A stretch of 64,000 nt of DNA from Podarcis gaigeae. Taxonomy: Eukaryota. Below are positions 11,301 through 26,300 of the stretch, piece by piece. The stretch lies in NCBI GenBank assembly GCA_964106915.2, contig OZ066927.1. One strand, given 5' to 3'. The translations under genes and the position numbers were made by a program. How positions within the stretch are numbered: the stretch's first letter is position 1; every line of letters begins with the position of its first letter. The notes below the pieces were generated by a model. It made no database searches. It saw only the letters and a list, made by a program, of their open reading frames with translations, and was not told where the DNA came from.

Positions 11301-14300
11301 GATAGGTAGGAGGACATTCCACCCTCCTTCATGAAGCCTCACTTATGGGTCCATAGTGGAATAGTGCTTGAGGAAAACAGGCTCTCTTGTCTTGTTGCAT
11401 GACTTTTTGGCTTATTTAATTGCATTCTTGAATGGATGCTTTTTTTGTAATACTTTGTTCTTGTCTTGTTGTTTAACCATCCTGGAAATTGGTAGAAAGT
11501 AACATTTCAATCCGCAAAAAGAATATCAGTCCCTTAGTTAAGAACTTCTGTTTCTACATGTTGCTGCATTTTTAACAGTGATTCTGTTGTTGCTGTTTAG
11601 GCTGGCTTAGAGAACCGTCAGTTGGACACAGTGGATTTCTTTTTAAAGAACAAAGAGAATATTTTCAGTCCCTCTGCAACTTGCTCCTTACAAGATCAGC
11701 CTGCAAGCACTATGTCAGATTTTTACTTGAAGAGTAAGTAAAACAATGTAAATGTTGAAATGGACATTGCTTTGACACAGACCTTCACAAAGCATAGTGT
11801 AGTCTTCCCCTGCCTGATGCCTTCCAGATATTTTGGACTCCGGTTCCCATCAGCCCCAGCCAACATGGCCATATGTTGTCGAGACTGATGGCGATCCGAA
11901 ACATCTGGAAAGTTCCATGTTAGGAAAGACTGGTGTAGTGAAGATTAAAGAAGTTCACTGTGGTACAGCTCGTGTGAAATTAAAGCTGCACAAGCCACAT
12001 AGAAAATAATGAGAGCTATATAAGGGCATACTATGTTCAGCGAAGAAATCTTGGGAGAGATGGAACATGCCTTGTGTATTGAGAAAGTGCAATGGGGTAA
12101 ATGGATGCCATAGAAAAGATGGAGGCAAGCTGCGCTTTCTTTTCTGAGAATCCTTTTTTGTGGGGGGTGGGGAGGAGATATTAAAGTGATCATCTAGTCA
12201 TTTCCTGCTTTTTCTCACACAGGCATGGAAGAGCTTATACCAGCCTTAGATTTGCTTTGCATGGCAATCCGAGAAAATGATTTGGAAGCACAGAGCAAGC
12301 ATTTCTCTGAGCAGCTGCTGAACCTCACCCTGTCTTTCCTTAACAAACAGCTCCGTGAAATTTGTATCCACAGAGAAGGTAACGGTTGTGCTTGTGTTGC
12401 TTGAATTATCATCATGCCCTGCATTTCCCCCGTAATGGGCCATGAAACCTTTTCTACTATTTGAGCTATTTTCATGTACAAGCTGTGTGCTCCTGCATGT
12501 GACCTTGTTTTTGTTTTTTTTAATAAAAAAACCCCCTCTCCAGTGGTAGTGTTTGATGAGAGAAGAGGAGGAGCGATTCAGGCCTCAGCTCAGTGAATAA
12601 TGTATAATTGTTTTCTCCCATTACCGTAATGTCCAAATCCTATACACACATACTTGGAGGTGTGCCCTTTTGGCCTCCGTGGGATGTGCTCGTGAATAAC
12701 ACCCAGACAATCATAGTCGCTGTATGGGCTGTAAAGCTGTGATTCATAAAACGATTAAGTCAGTTTTCCAGGATTTAAGCTGACTTAACAACCTAGTCCT
12801 TTGGACTAGCTGGACCAACACCTGTACTGGGTCAGGAGGGGTCAGTACCTTATAGTCAGTTCATACTTTGGGCTTTGGCACTTTTGCATCTTGTGTGTTT
12901 CTCTCTATACTATATTTGGACTCCTTTGTCATCATTTTGTTGACTGAGTGCACCTGTGTGAGTGGGCAGGTGAGCGGCTCAGGCAGGCTTCCCTGTGTTC
13001 CTGCTGTCACTGTCACCCCTGGTAATGAGGAGAGGAATGAAAGGGAGAATGTCTTTCTCTCTGCACCAGTGCAAGCAGAACAGGATATGGTGAGATATGT
13101 CTTTGAATATGTTAATGTTCATTAGGCTGCCCTTAGTGTTGCCAGTCTCCCAGGGAGATGTTTTCATTCCTTCCTTCCGTAAAGTGTCTTCCTGATATTC
13201 TTCACAGAGCTGGATGAAAATCTGGACAAATGTGTTGATATTTTAACCAGCTACATCAATAAACTTAGGATGTTTATGATAAAGTTCCCTCACAAGTCTT
13301 CCAGTGTCACCAGCTTCACGTGTGATCTTGAAGAAGACGTGCCCTGCATAGAACAAAGCCAGAAGTGGGAAAAGTTCAATACAGAGGTAACCAGAGAATC
13401 AGTTTCAAGAACTCCTGAGCATATATTGTCCAAGACATTGTGTCTGTTTGCTAAACAATTTCATTATCCCAAGGAAAAATTAGTGTCCTAAAGCCTCGTT
13501 TATGGCAGAATCCAGCCATAGTTAAGCATTTGGAAGTCCTGTTGATTTCAGTGAGAGAGCTAGAGACTGTGTGCCAAACACTCCCATTGAAATGAAAGGC
13601 AGGTAGCACAATAAAAACATTAACTTGGTGTGGAGCAACTTTTGAAAAGTTGTGTACTAAGGAAGGATTTGAAAGTACAACTTGATAGTATAGCAATGGA
13701 AGACTTTGACCAGTTCTGGCTGCCCCAAACAGAAAAGGATATCCTGGAACTGGAAAATATGTAGGAGGGCTACCAGAATGATCAAGTGGTAGCATGGAGG
13801 GAAAGTAGCAAGAGAGACATTTCCTCCCTTCCTCATAATCATAGAATTGTAGAGTTGAAAGGGACCCTGAGGGTCATCTAGTTCAGCCCCCTGCAATGCA
13901 GGAATCTCAGCTAAAACAGGCAACTTCCTGTGTTTTTAAGACTAGGTTGTGTGCCCTTAACAACTTCCACCCACTTCGCCTCCGCCATTCCTCAATTTGC
14001 CTCTCCTGATCCTTCACGAAAGAGGTTGAATGTCAGGCATGGTGTTTTTCAAAAGCAGCTAGTTGCATTGCATGCCTTTCTTTGCTCTTTCAGCAAACGG
14101 TTGCTGAAGCCATATTAAACAACAAGCTCCCGGAGGCTCAGACCTTCTTCCGGATGGCAGGTAACCCTGCCCAGAAACTTAAGGTGCTGACCCAGATAGG
14201 ACTGGATCTGGTGTACAAAAGCCTTCTGAAGGATGATGTCAAAGAAGCCTCCAAACTCTTAAGAAACATGGTGAGTAATGCATGAACAGAGTGTGGCTTG

Positions 14301-17300
14301 ATCTACAGTGCTTACTTCAGTGTATTTGCATGTACAGTGGTACCTCGGGTTAAGTACTTAATTCGTTCTGGAGGTCTGTTCTTAACCTGAAACTGTTCTT
14401 AACCTGAAGCACAACTTTAGCTAACGGGGCCTCCTGCTGCCGCAATGCCGCTGGAGCCTGATTTCTGTTCTTATTCTGAAGCAAAGTTCTTAACCTGAAG
14501 CACTATTTCTGGGTTAGTGGAGTGTGTAACCTGAAGCGTATGTAACCCGAGGTACCACTGTACACACAGCAAGGGATTGGCTTTGCTTCTTCAGGTGCTA
14601 AAGATTGGCCATTGGGGGTGCTTGGCGAGTTAACAATGAGAGTTGAACTCATTAAGGATTTTCTTTGTCCTGTCATATTCTGCTTAATTGGGGGGACAGG
14701 GAGAGAAGTATCTAACATAGGAGAAAAATAAGTGTGGGCATGATCCGTTGAAGGGTAAGCACACACACATAAACGCACACTGACTTTATATATGTGTGCA
14801 TGTATGCATTTGATTCTTAATTGGGTGGATAACATAGTTCTGTTGTCACTTTCTGCAGTCATCTTTTAAAAAAGGGTAGTATTTTCCTTTTATGTACATA
14901 AATTTGGATAATCACTTTAGGTCTTGTTTTATTGCCATTTTTATATTTGGTTTTAATATCTTTTTGTATCTCTATTTTTATTATGTAAGTCACTTTGAGA
15001 CACTTTGCTCTACAAAGCAACCAACAGTAACAGTAATAATTTGTCTGAGGTAGGGAGGCAGGAGTTTTTAAGAGTTGAGCATTTTAAGCCCATTTCTCAA
15101 GCTGTTGAAATTTCTCCAGTCTTTTGCAAGCTGCAGCCGAGCTCTGAAATCCTTTGTAGATATGCACAAAAGAAAGTCTATGAGAGAAAACAAGCCATTA
15201 ATACTTTCTTGTGTAAACTCTTCTACCCTTCCCCTCCCTTGACAGGGCTTCAATGTGATGGAGCAGCTGCGCAAAATATGTTTCTACGTAACTGATCACC
15301 GTGTTCGTGACTTTTTGGTGAGTGCAGGGAAAACCTTTGCATGGGTTGTGGTCCTTTAATTTCATATGTCTCACCTGCATGTGCAGGGTACATTCCTGGG
15401 TGACTTCTGCCCCCACCTCACAAATTGTGTTAGTTTTCACCCAAGTCCCGGTGATGACTTCACTTTCCTGTTGTCTCTTTGGCATTAGTAGCTGATGTGG
15501 AAATCTTGTTGCGGTGACATCAGTGCCATCAGGGATCCACACCACATTGTTTTGTTCTAGACCACTTCCAGTTCCTGCTTATATTTTTGATTTGACAACA
15601 AACCCATTAAGGAGTTGCTTTTCCGGTGCCTTTGATGTTAGGGTGCAAACTGCATTGCTAATTAATGTTTTGGTCTGACTCTCAAGGTGAACATACTGAA
15701 AGAGGAAAACTACTTTTCTGAAGCTGAGAAGGAAATGATAGACTTTGTGCATAAGGTGGAAAATGTCTATGCAAAAACTTTCCAAGAGAAGGAAAAGACT
15801 ACAGCCCAGCCCAGGTAATAGATTTTCAGCCTCAATTTTTAAAAACATCTTTATCAACAGTGATGTGATGAGAATTGTGTGAGGTTTTGAATTTCTACCC
15901 ATGCAGCAAAAAAAACGTGAGTCCTTGTTTGCTCCTGCTTTCTCCAGCTGCAAGCTTTCTTTCCGTGGAAGGTGTGAGATGATCTTCCTTCTTACTCAAC
16001 TGGTTGTTAGCAGTTCCAGCTTAACTGTGCTGTAGGCTGCAAACTTTTACTGTTCATTGGAAATGGTTGTATTGGGAACAAGGTGGCTAGCTTGAAAATC
16101 TGAACTCATCAGGAAGAGTAGATAAATGACATGGACCTCATAGAGATGTTTTGTTCTCATTTTCAGTTCCTGGAGAAAAGAACAAGATCTGTCTATCCAC
16201 ATTCCTGTTCTGGATTCATTCCTGCAATGCAATGAAGACGGAGTTAATATTGCAGAGTACAGTATTATGTTAAACTGGGCTCAGTGGTGGGATCAGGTTA
16301 TCCGAGAGACGATTCTTCTTCCTATGCAATCTCCCGAAGGCAAGTACTCTGCCATAAATTTGTTGTGGTCAGGGAGCTTTGTGTCTTAAGGCTGTACTTT
16401 TGGACTAACAATAGGCAATAAATGTTTTAAAGCAAGTGTGGGGATATCTGACCCCCAAGTCAGATGCAACCCTCAGAGGCTTCCCGTCTGGCCCCTGAAG
16501 CTTCACTTGCTCCCCACCCTCAATTTCTGTAGTAGCTGCAAAGGGAAGGGAAAAAACAGGAAATGGCAGCCACTAGGGACTTGTTTTCGATTGGGACTCC
16601 ACCCAGCATGTGAGGAGCTTTTAACCCCCTGTTACCTTCTGCAGCCCACATCTGGTGTGCGCCCTCTCCCTTGCCTACAGTTTGCATTGATAATAAGGGA
16701 TCTGTTGAAAGGAATGAATCGGGAGTATCCTCGATTTGGGCCAGAGTGGGGAGCAAAGGGTCATGTATTCAGTAATCAGGGCATAACTGCCAAGAAGACC
16801 TTTTACCTTGTCCTAACTCTGCCTCGGCCACAGACAGGATATGGACAGGAGCCTCTCTGATAGTGAGGGCAGACTGATGTTGGTGAAGCAGCCCCTTGGG
16901 TATCCTGCACCCAGATTGCTAAGGGTTTTAAGGATAAGTTCTAATTCTTTGCATTACACCAGGAAACAGATTGGCTCATACACATTTACTCTTCCTAAGC
17001 TTACAGTGGTTTATTTTACAGTGACACTGGGGACTAACCCTGTGACCCTATACACAGTGTGCACCTGCAGGCATGCACATAGTTTATTGTACTGACTACC
17101 TTTTTTAAAAAACCACACACAGAACGCAAATCATGTGATCCAGAGGTTCTTTGGATGCACCTGTCATCTTGGCATGACTACTCCAGTATGAGCTCATGGA
17201 TTGCAGCATCTCAGCAACAGGAGAGTAACACAAACTGGCCACGGCTGACAACAGAGACCATTGAGCGCAGAACAATGTGTAGCCATTACATGCAAAATGA

Positions 17301-20300
17301 AATGTTGGACAATTTAGCCAGGTATGTGCCTTAAGTCTTGGTTGGGGGAACCTCTGGCCACGGGTCTCATTCAGTCCACCAGGCCATTTCCAGCAAACTG
17401 TTGGCCCTTTTGCCAATTGTATGACATCATTTGACATCAGTCATTTTGATCCGCCCTGCAACTTTCTGTAGTTTCCTGGGTTAGACTTATAATTGCCCAT
17501 AATTTTACATAATCTATGTTGTGAAATTGGCCTTCGCCACTTTCATCTCTTACCCACCCACCATTGGAATGTGGCCCCTGAAGACTAGCCAGGTTTTGAA
17601 TCTGGCCTTTAGGCTGAAAGGGGTTCCCCAGTCTAGCTCTAAATTGATGATCAACTTCTGTCAAGCTTTCCTAATATCGTTTATTGGTGGAAGTCTCCTT
17701 AACAACTTTGGCTGCTTTGCATTAAAAAGATCCTTTTGTTTTTCTTGGTAGCAATGGAATATTTGTGCCAGTGGAACTAGAAGACTTTGAATGCCTTCTC
17801 CAGAGATTGACTCTTGTTGGAGGAGTGATGCAGAATCCTCATCCTGTTCCAGAATATATGTCCACCAGTGGCTTAGATTTCCATGCCTGCTTTATCCTGT
17901 ACTGTTTAGAACATGGGCTGGACCATCTTCTCTACACCTATCTCGACTACTATAGGTAGGAATACATGACCTGAAGTGGTTTCTTATACACACATTTGTA
18001 GATGATAAGAATAGCTGCAACCCAGTGAAGCAAGAGAGTAGCCCTAATACATGCCTGTCTTTCAGCTTGCCTGCTGAAGTCGAAACTACTTTCAGGGATT
18101 TAAAAACCAATACCATCAGTAGCATTTTCTCTAGAGCAGGCTTCCACAATCTGATGCCCTCCAGAGGCTTTGTCTACCTGTGGTGGGAGTTGTAGTTCAG
18201 GTTGGTGAAGCCTTGTGTAGACTATACATCCTCTTTCCACCACCACCTCCAAAATGTTTTCTGAACAAAGGCAGCAGAACTTCTCCCCATGCCCCCAGCC
18301 TTCCTCCAATGGAGCTTTGTTCTGGACTCTGCATCTGGAGCATCATCTAATTTCGTAACCTAAAGGAGCAGAGATGAGAGAGTGCTTGCCCAGTGGGGTC
18401 TGTGTGGCCAATACACCCCTAGCTAACTAAGACATCAGTCTCTTTTACTCCTGCCAGAGCAGATGGTCTTCTCAAAATCCATGTGGCTGCTTACCCAGCC
18501 TTCTACTGGCCCATATTTTAGAAGGGGGAAATAACTTGTTTTGTTTTTTTATTCTATGAAATTGATATTTTGTCCTTAATTTTGCAGTTTATTTCCTTCA
18601 AATTGCCCTCTTTTGGATGACAAAGCACTTCACGGAGCTCATCCGTGGTTTGAGTTTTTAGTGCGGTGTCGAGCCATCGCCAGCAATTCTGGAGGTAGGA
18701 ACCTTCCTCTGTGATTCTCTTCTGGGCCAATGTTCTTTGTGCAATTCTGATTAAAAACAAACATTGTGAGCCATTGACCATCCCAAGTGATGATGGATTC
18801 TCCCTTAATGATCAGCTTGGAACTCACCTGGGCTTGACCTTTTCTGTGGATGCTTAGGTGGTTGCTGTGGGGACGAGCACCTTTTATACCAGCATTGTCT
18901 GGTCTGTGGGCTTTCTGGCATCCTATTCTGAGAAATGGGGACCCAGCCACTGTCAATAACAGTCTGCTAACCTCAAAGATTAGGTTTCTGCAATGTGCTT
19001 TATGTGGGGCTGCCTTTAAAAAATGTTTGGATGCAACAGCTGGTCCAGAACGTACTGGGCTTTCGACATAGGGATAAAAACTTTTTTGTTCTTAACCGAC
19101 TCCTGTTTGATTTCTGGACCCAACTCAAAGGGGTGGTAAGTCCTGCTCCAGGTTCCCCTACCTATAGCATTGTGGTGGGGGAACTAGTTATAGCAGTGCC
19201 CCATCTATGGAACGTTCCCCACAGGGAGCTTTCAGAGAGAGGGTTGTATATGCCATGGGTTGGATTTTTATTTTTATTTAAATTGGAGATAACATTCTGG
19301 CTGACATTAGAAAAGTTAACTGTTGATCAACTATTATTGTTGCCATGTGCTTGGCCTTTTTAAGTTTTGCTGTGTTTTAACTGGTTTTAATACTGTATTT
19401 TAAAATTGTTGTAATGTGTAATGGTGAAGGGCAGGTAAGAAATCAAATAATAATAATAGTAGTAGTAGTAATAATAATAATAATAATAATAATAGTAATA
19501 ATGTGTGAATTTCTTCTCTTTGCCACTCGCCTTTTGAGCATGTTCTTGGGCAGAAAGACAGGGTATAATAATGGAAAACAAGGCAACAGTTTTTTTCTTT
19601 CTTTCCTCCCTCCAGATGCAAATAAGATTTTCCAAGCTAGCCTGGCAAACGCCCAGATCTTGATTCCCAGCAACCAGGCCAGTGTGAGCACAATGCTGTT
19701 GGAAGGCCGAACGCTCCTTGCTCTTGCCACCACAATGTACACCCCTGGAGGTATTGACCAGGTATGCTGTAGAATATTGGCAGGCTGTTGATGGCCTTTT
19801 CCTTTCAAAGTGACAGAAAATGTCAAAAAGATCTTAAATGCCAGCAGCCTCAGAAAATTTGGGTAGTGTTCTTTCTCTGAAGGTGCAGATAAAGCCTTGT
19901 GCCAGGTGCTGTGGCTCGTGCCAATGAACTTTTGGTTCCCATTTCCTTGCAAGTGTATTCAGGTTCTTCTTCTTCGTTGTAGGTCCTTCAGAATGGAGAT
20001 GGAGGAGAGAAAGTAGATGCCCAGCTCTTCAGGATGGCCCTTGCTCCGTATCCCAAGCTGAGAGCAGCCCTCTTCCCCCAGTATACCAGTCATGGGACCT
20101 TGCCTTCCGACATTTCTCTCTACCACCTTGCCCAGGTATAAATATATACCTATCTGCCCTCAATACAAATAGAATCATCGAATTGTAGGGTTGGACGTGA
20201 CCCCAAGGGTTATCTAGTCCAACCCCCTGCAATGCAGGAAACTCATCCAACCTCTGCTGAAAACCCTCCAAGGAAGGAGGTTTATCACTTTTCAGCCTTC

Positions 20301-23300
20301 TCTTCCAGGCTAAACGCACACAACTCCTTCAACTGTTCCTCATAAGACTTGGTTTGTAGACCCTTTATCTTGTTAGTGTCCCTCCTCTGCCCATGTTCCA
20401 GCTTGTCCATATCCTTCTTAAACTGTGGTGCCCAGGTGGGGTTTGAGCAAGGCAGAATAGAGTGGAACTATTGCTTCCCTTGATCTGTAATGCTATAGTC
20501 CAGTTACAGCAGCTGCCACTTTACCCAAACTTAACACCAGTGAGACTTGAAAGAGGGCTGTAATGGGAAAGTGGGACACAGGTTTGAGTTCCTCTCCTGC
20601 AAAATGCTGACGGTGACCTCTGCAGGGCATTGCCTCTTCCTTCTGGGTATTCTGCAAGCAGCATTAATTTGGGATTTGGATAGGGAGAGGCTGCAGCTTC
20701 CAGCTTCAGAGAGCAACTCCCCAACACACAGTCACAGGAGCAGGTAGGAAAAAAGACACATGACTGAGCCTGTGTGGATGTCCTGGGGGCTTAGCCTATG
20801 GCACACCTCCTTCCAACATACAGGGTCCAGGGCTCCCAGCAGTGTACACTAGAACATATATACATACATAATTATATTTGCATGTCGCCTTTCCAAAGTT
20901 AAAGCCATGCTCAAGGCAGCTTGTAACATTAAAAATGACACATAATTGCAAATAAAACAGCAAATAGTGCACAAGCAAATTAAACAGTTTCCACATAAAT
21001 CATAATAAAACCTAAAATAAAGGCACAAAAGAATTAATAGAAACAAGAACTGCCCCCAACTACACCCCCCAACCTAAGAATCTGTTCAGCAGCCTCAGCT
21101 TTTGTAGCTGGAGTCAGTCCTCTCAGGCCAAGTGGAAAAAGCCTTGCAAGGCAGGGAGCAGTACTGCCGGGGATCTCTGTGTGTGGTGACATGGCTCCCA
21201 TACCACCACCCCTTGGCCACTTCTCCCCATCTTAGCCACAGCTGCATAGCAATAGCCCTGACTTGCACAAGTGGAAGGGCACCTGCTTCTCCCACCATCA
21301 CTTACCACAAGAGCATTTCATGGAGCTGCTGCATCTTGTTGGATGCTTAAGCAGGGGGTCAGCAAACATTTTCAGCAGAGGGCCGGTCCACTGTCTCTCA
21401 GACCTTGTGGGGGGCTGGACTATATATTGGAAATAAAAATAAAAATGAACGAATTCCTATGCCCCACAAATAACCCAGAGATGCATTTTAAATAAAAGCA
21501 CACATTCTACTCATATAAAAAGACACTGATTCCCCGACCGTCTGCAGGCCGGATTTAGAAGGTGATTGGGCTCGATCTGGCCCCCGGGCCCTAGTTTGCC
21601 TACCAATGTTTAAGAGTGAAATGCCCTTTTGCTCGCCCTCTGTGGATAATTTTCTCCTCTCAGCTTGGTTTCACTTGACACGGATACTTTAAAATATTAA
21701 GTGGCTTAAATATGCTTTTGAATAAATAAAATCCTCTGGAGCTGCACTCTGCTCTGTGGAGTGTATGTATATAAGACTGGGTTTGAATTTGATGTGACTG
21801 TTTCATTCCAGGATATCTGGGTCAGTGTGTGGCTGCAGCTGTACTACATGTGTAAGATGCTGCACAAGATGTGTGCTCAGTCGAGCAGCTTGGGTTAACA
21901 TGTTTTCTGCATTTTAAGCAGGCCTTGAAATTAATGTTGTGTTCTAATTTTTCAGGCGTTAGTTCCATTTGATCCCACAAAATTGTTTGGCTGGCAGTCA
22001 GCAAATACGCTTGTCATGCCTGGTAGGTAACTTTTGCCATATCTTGTTACTATTTAAAGTGAGTATAAAGTATACGTGTGTGGAATCTCCTAGTATTTCA
22101 TTCTGTTAAATAGACATTTCTCTGGGAGCTGACAAGATGCTGAGAGGTTTGGCTTCCAGCAGAATCTTCTTTGCTCTCCCTGTTGCATCTGATCTTTCAA
22201 AAGGTGAAATAGAGCCCTAGAATTAGGCAAGCTTGTATTCTTGCCTCCTAGCTGTTTATCTTGAATCTAAATGATGTCCCAGACTCCCACTCTCCTAAAG
22301 TTGGTAACAAGAACATTGCCAGTTATTAAGACTTGATCTTAAGTGGTTTTTGGCCATGTTGTCTTGCTCCTGTAATTGTTTACAGATTACAGTACTATTT
22401 TTTAAAAAAAAGTTTATTCAGTGGATGTGGCTATTGGACAGCCAAATTCTTGAACAAATTCTTGAAAAAGAGTTCTCCTTCCCTTGGAGCTCCCTTTCAT
22501 CAATCCACTTCTTGGATCTCACACACAAGCTTTACACTGTCCAGAAAGCCACTGCAAATCAGACAATGGTCCTGTGGTTCTTCTGTATCAGAGGAAGCCA
22601 GCCTGTTCCAGCAGCAATGAAATGTTTACCATTCCAAAGTCTCAGTCCAAATTCTTTACGGGTTTGCACTCTGAATCAGATGCAGCCACTACTTTGGAAA
22701 CTGGCCCCACAGATTTTAGGGCATGGTTGGCGGCTTAAAAACTTTAGCTCTGTATCCACATTTACTAAAGTGTCTCTGGCTCCAAGTGACAGCTGTAATA
22801 GTATATGGATGAAAATGGACTCTTTTAGAATACCTGCAGCAGCGCTGGTCTGTGCCCCTCTTTCCTTTAAGCCAAGTTCAGTTGCACAACAAGTTTAATC
22901 AAATCAAATCCTGGAATATAATGTTTTCAAGAGCTCTTGGTTCATACAAATAAAATTTTCTCTGCACTTTTTAAAATTCTCGATGGAAAATGTATCCAAT
23001 TTATCAATTATTTGTGTTTACAAGATGCCACTTGTGTTTCACTTCTCTCACCCTGGATGTTCTGCATTCCCAAGTTTTATTTAGAAGGTTTGTTGACAGT
23101 TTGGTGGTCTTGAGAGAGGGAAGGTCTAATGGAAGTGGAAATGTTGGGTCAAGTCCTACCTTCTTGCCATTTTTATTCTGGAATTTGAAACCAACTAGTT
23201 GTCCTCCTTCTGGTCACTACTGGATAGGTCAGTAAGTTTTTATACAAGTGGTTCGATGAGCAGATAAAACTCCTAGGGTTTCACTAGCAGAGAAGACCAG

Positions 23301-26300
23301 AAAGCAGCTGGTTAAAAGACACCATAATTTATTGTCCCAGGGATTGTCCTTGTGGGTTTTGTTTGTTTAATGGCTTGTGTTCTCTTCTATATAGTAATTG
23401 TGTTCATATCTGTGATGTATCTAGTTATGGATTCTAGAGTACAATAATAAATCAAGATACTTTATGCAAGTGGAACTTGCTTTTAGAAACCAGTGCGTTC
23501 TCCTTAGAAGTTGTTGGCAGTGGTGTGGCTGTTTCAGCTGCAGCTATTAGAAGGGCATATGGAGGCTGTGTGGGAAAATAGCCCCCACCCCAGTCTGCTT
23601 CCATTGGCAGCTGGACAGCCTGTAACTCTGTAGCTCTTCCAGTGTTGGGACCCTATGGAGGCTCTGGGGTTGTTTTTGCCAGCTTGGCCTTATTTGGCTG
23701 GTGTTGATGAGAGTTGTAGTCAAAAACATCTGGAGAACGCTAGTTTGGCAAGGCTTCCTCTTTCAAGTGTCGAAAGTGTCCATCCCCAAGGCTATAATGG
23801 CTGTTGCTGGTGTTTCAACTGTAATACCATGTGGTGCTCTGGCACTCAGGTCCTGTATTGGGGCTTCCTGTTGGGGCTTGTGTTTGGCCATTGTGAGAAC
23901 AGGATGCTCTTTTAGACAGACCTTGGGTCTGATCCAATAGGCTCTTAAGTTTTTATGTAGATTGCCGAGATTGTCAGTTACCTCCTGCTGTAGACACTGA
24001 GCAGCAAAACCTCCTACCAGAAACTTTTCCTGTGCCAGCCCCATTGAAACCCACAACACTTATACATGAAAGGACAGAGCTGCCTTTTTATAGCTCTTTC
24101 AGTGGACTGATCCCAGAGAAGTGCCTGTGGCCAGGTGTGAGGCCAAGTTTCAAGGAGTCAACCAGAAGAATTGTGTCTGGCACTTGGGCCTGTGGAGCCT
24201 GCTATTTTTCTGTCTACTCACCACTGTGTTCTCCCTTCTCTTTAGATACTTGTAGTGACCTTCCTCACTTCTCAAGTGCCCCTTTTGTCAACAAATATGC
24301 TGTAGTTGAACGTCTGGATTTCTCCTACTTCTTGCGTCATGAACGCCCCTCATTTGCTTTTGGGACTTTTTTAGTCCAACAGCTAGCGAAGAGCAAAACT
24401 CCAAAGCAGCTGTGAGTATTTGAAAGCAGCAGAGATTTGGAAAGGAGCCTCTCATGTTCTCGACAGAACATTTTCTATGGAGAAATCTTTGTATTGCAAT
24501 AAGGTATTGTGTTGTTTTAGATAGATGTAAGCTGCCTTGTAAGAAGAGGTATTAATTTATATAAAGTACTTTTCACGTTTGGACCCCAGGTCTTTTCTGA
24601 CCTGCTTATAGTCCCCTTGGCTTTGATTTTGACTGTGTGCAGAGTTGGGTCCTTTCCTTGCAACCTCTCTGCTGTTCCAGATGCATGATGCTAACGGCTG
24701 CTGCCTTTTCTTCCCTAGGATCCAGCAAGCCGGCAATGATGCCTACTCCTTGGCCCTCTCCTTCTTTTATGTGCCGTCTGTGGCTTCCGCCTGCGCCTGC
24801 TTTTTGGAACTGCTGGGCCTTGATAGCCTCAAACTCCGGGTGGATGTTAAAGCTGCCAACGTGATCCTGAGCTTCATGTCTCAAAGAGAGGAGCCTCAGC
24901 ATAACTCGATCAGGCAGTCCTTGGGTAGTGTTTCTTCTACATGTTTTCTATATTGGAGAAAAGAGTGTAATATTTGATGAGTGCACAAGAGCAGAAAGCC
25001 CCCTGCCCTTTTGTTCCTGAATGGCAAAGTCCACATCCACAGTGAAGTTAGAACTGTTATATTTATTTAATAAGTTTGTAGACTGTTTGATGTTTTAAAA
25101 ATCCCAAGTGATTTACAAAGTAGACACCATAAAATCACAAGGTTAGAATACCAGCAAAACAAAAATACATAATGATGATAAAAGCACCAAAATGCTAAAC
25201 CAAGGGTAGATAACCTATTGGGGGAAAATATAACTTTGAAGTATTCTGCAGCCACATGAAGCAGAATCCTTTGCCTTTTCTGTTTACAGTTGAAAAGCTG
25301 ACTCAGTTGGCAGAGGGAGAAAAAACAGCAGCAGAAGAACTCCTTGTCTGCTTGGAGGAAGCCGTGTGGGATAAGATGGAGCACCAGGAGATAAGCAAGT
25401 GAGTCAGCCCTTTGAGCCCAGTGGTGGGAATTTGCTATACATTCTTTGTGGCCTTATATTACTTCTATGAAGACTTAAGGATTCAAATTTGGAAGGATTG
25501 ATTTGATTTTTGAGTAGATTTGATTTGATTTATTATATTTCTATGCCACTTTTCATTCAAGTGAATCTCATAGCAGCTTACAAACAATAAATAACAATAA
25601 CATAATAGAACATCACAAATACAGCTTAAGGTTGAAGTGTGATGTATAGAACAAAAACAAAAAAAGGAGGAAAACAAGTATAGCTTGCATGCTGTCTCCA
25701 CCCCCTTTACTTTTTAGCCTGGAATCCCTGCTAGCTGCATATTAGCAAAGAAAGATTCCCCTTCCAAATGCTGTTTCTGTGTTTCAGTTTCCTGTATCTC
25801 CACATTCACTTGAGTCACAGGGGATGGAGAGGGGTAGTTAAGAACAGAGAAGAGTGTAAGAAGCAAAGGGCCCAATTAATCCAGTGCTGTTTCCAGATAC
25901 CTCTGAGGCACGAGAGCAATGGCACTCTCCCACCCATAGCAGCTGCCATTCATAGGCATGCCCCCTATGACACTGGAGGTAGTAATGTCTCGCTGTCATA
26001 ACCAGTAGCCTTTGATAGCTTTGTTCCCTGTGAATTCTGACCCCTTTCAAAGCAACCCAGATTCATGGCCATCACTACGTTTTATGTTAGCAAATTCTTG
26101 CAATGTCTTTCCTTTTGTTTGTCTCTACTCTTCCACCATTTATCTTGATTGGATGACCCAAGTCTGGTCTAGTATGATGTGTTCATTTTCTGCACACCAT
26201 GCATCATCATCATCATCATCATCATCATCATAAATGTTCTATGCCTTCACTTGCCTTTTCTTTAGAGGGCTGTTGTGCTAGTCCTTTGAAGGTTTTGGTT

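Noticed and set aside
18573-18587. U12-like branch sequence TCCTTAAT before SPG11 exon 17
   Set aside because: The donor of that intron is GTAGGA, a U2-type site, so it is not a minor intron.
19387-19952. Poly-Tyr, poly-Leu and poly-Ile ORFs
   Set aside because: Translations of a trinucleotide microsatellite, partly overlapping SPG11 exon 18.
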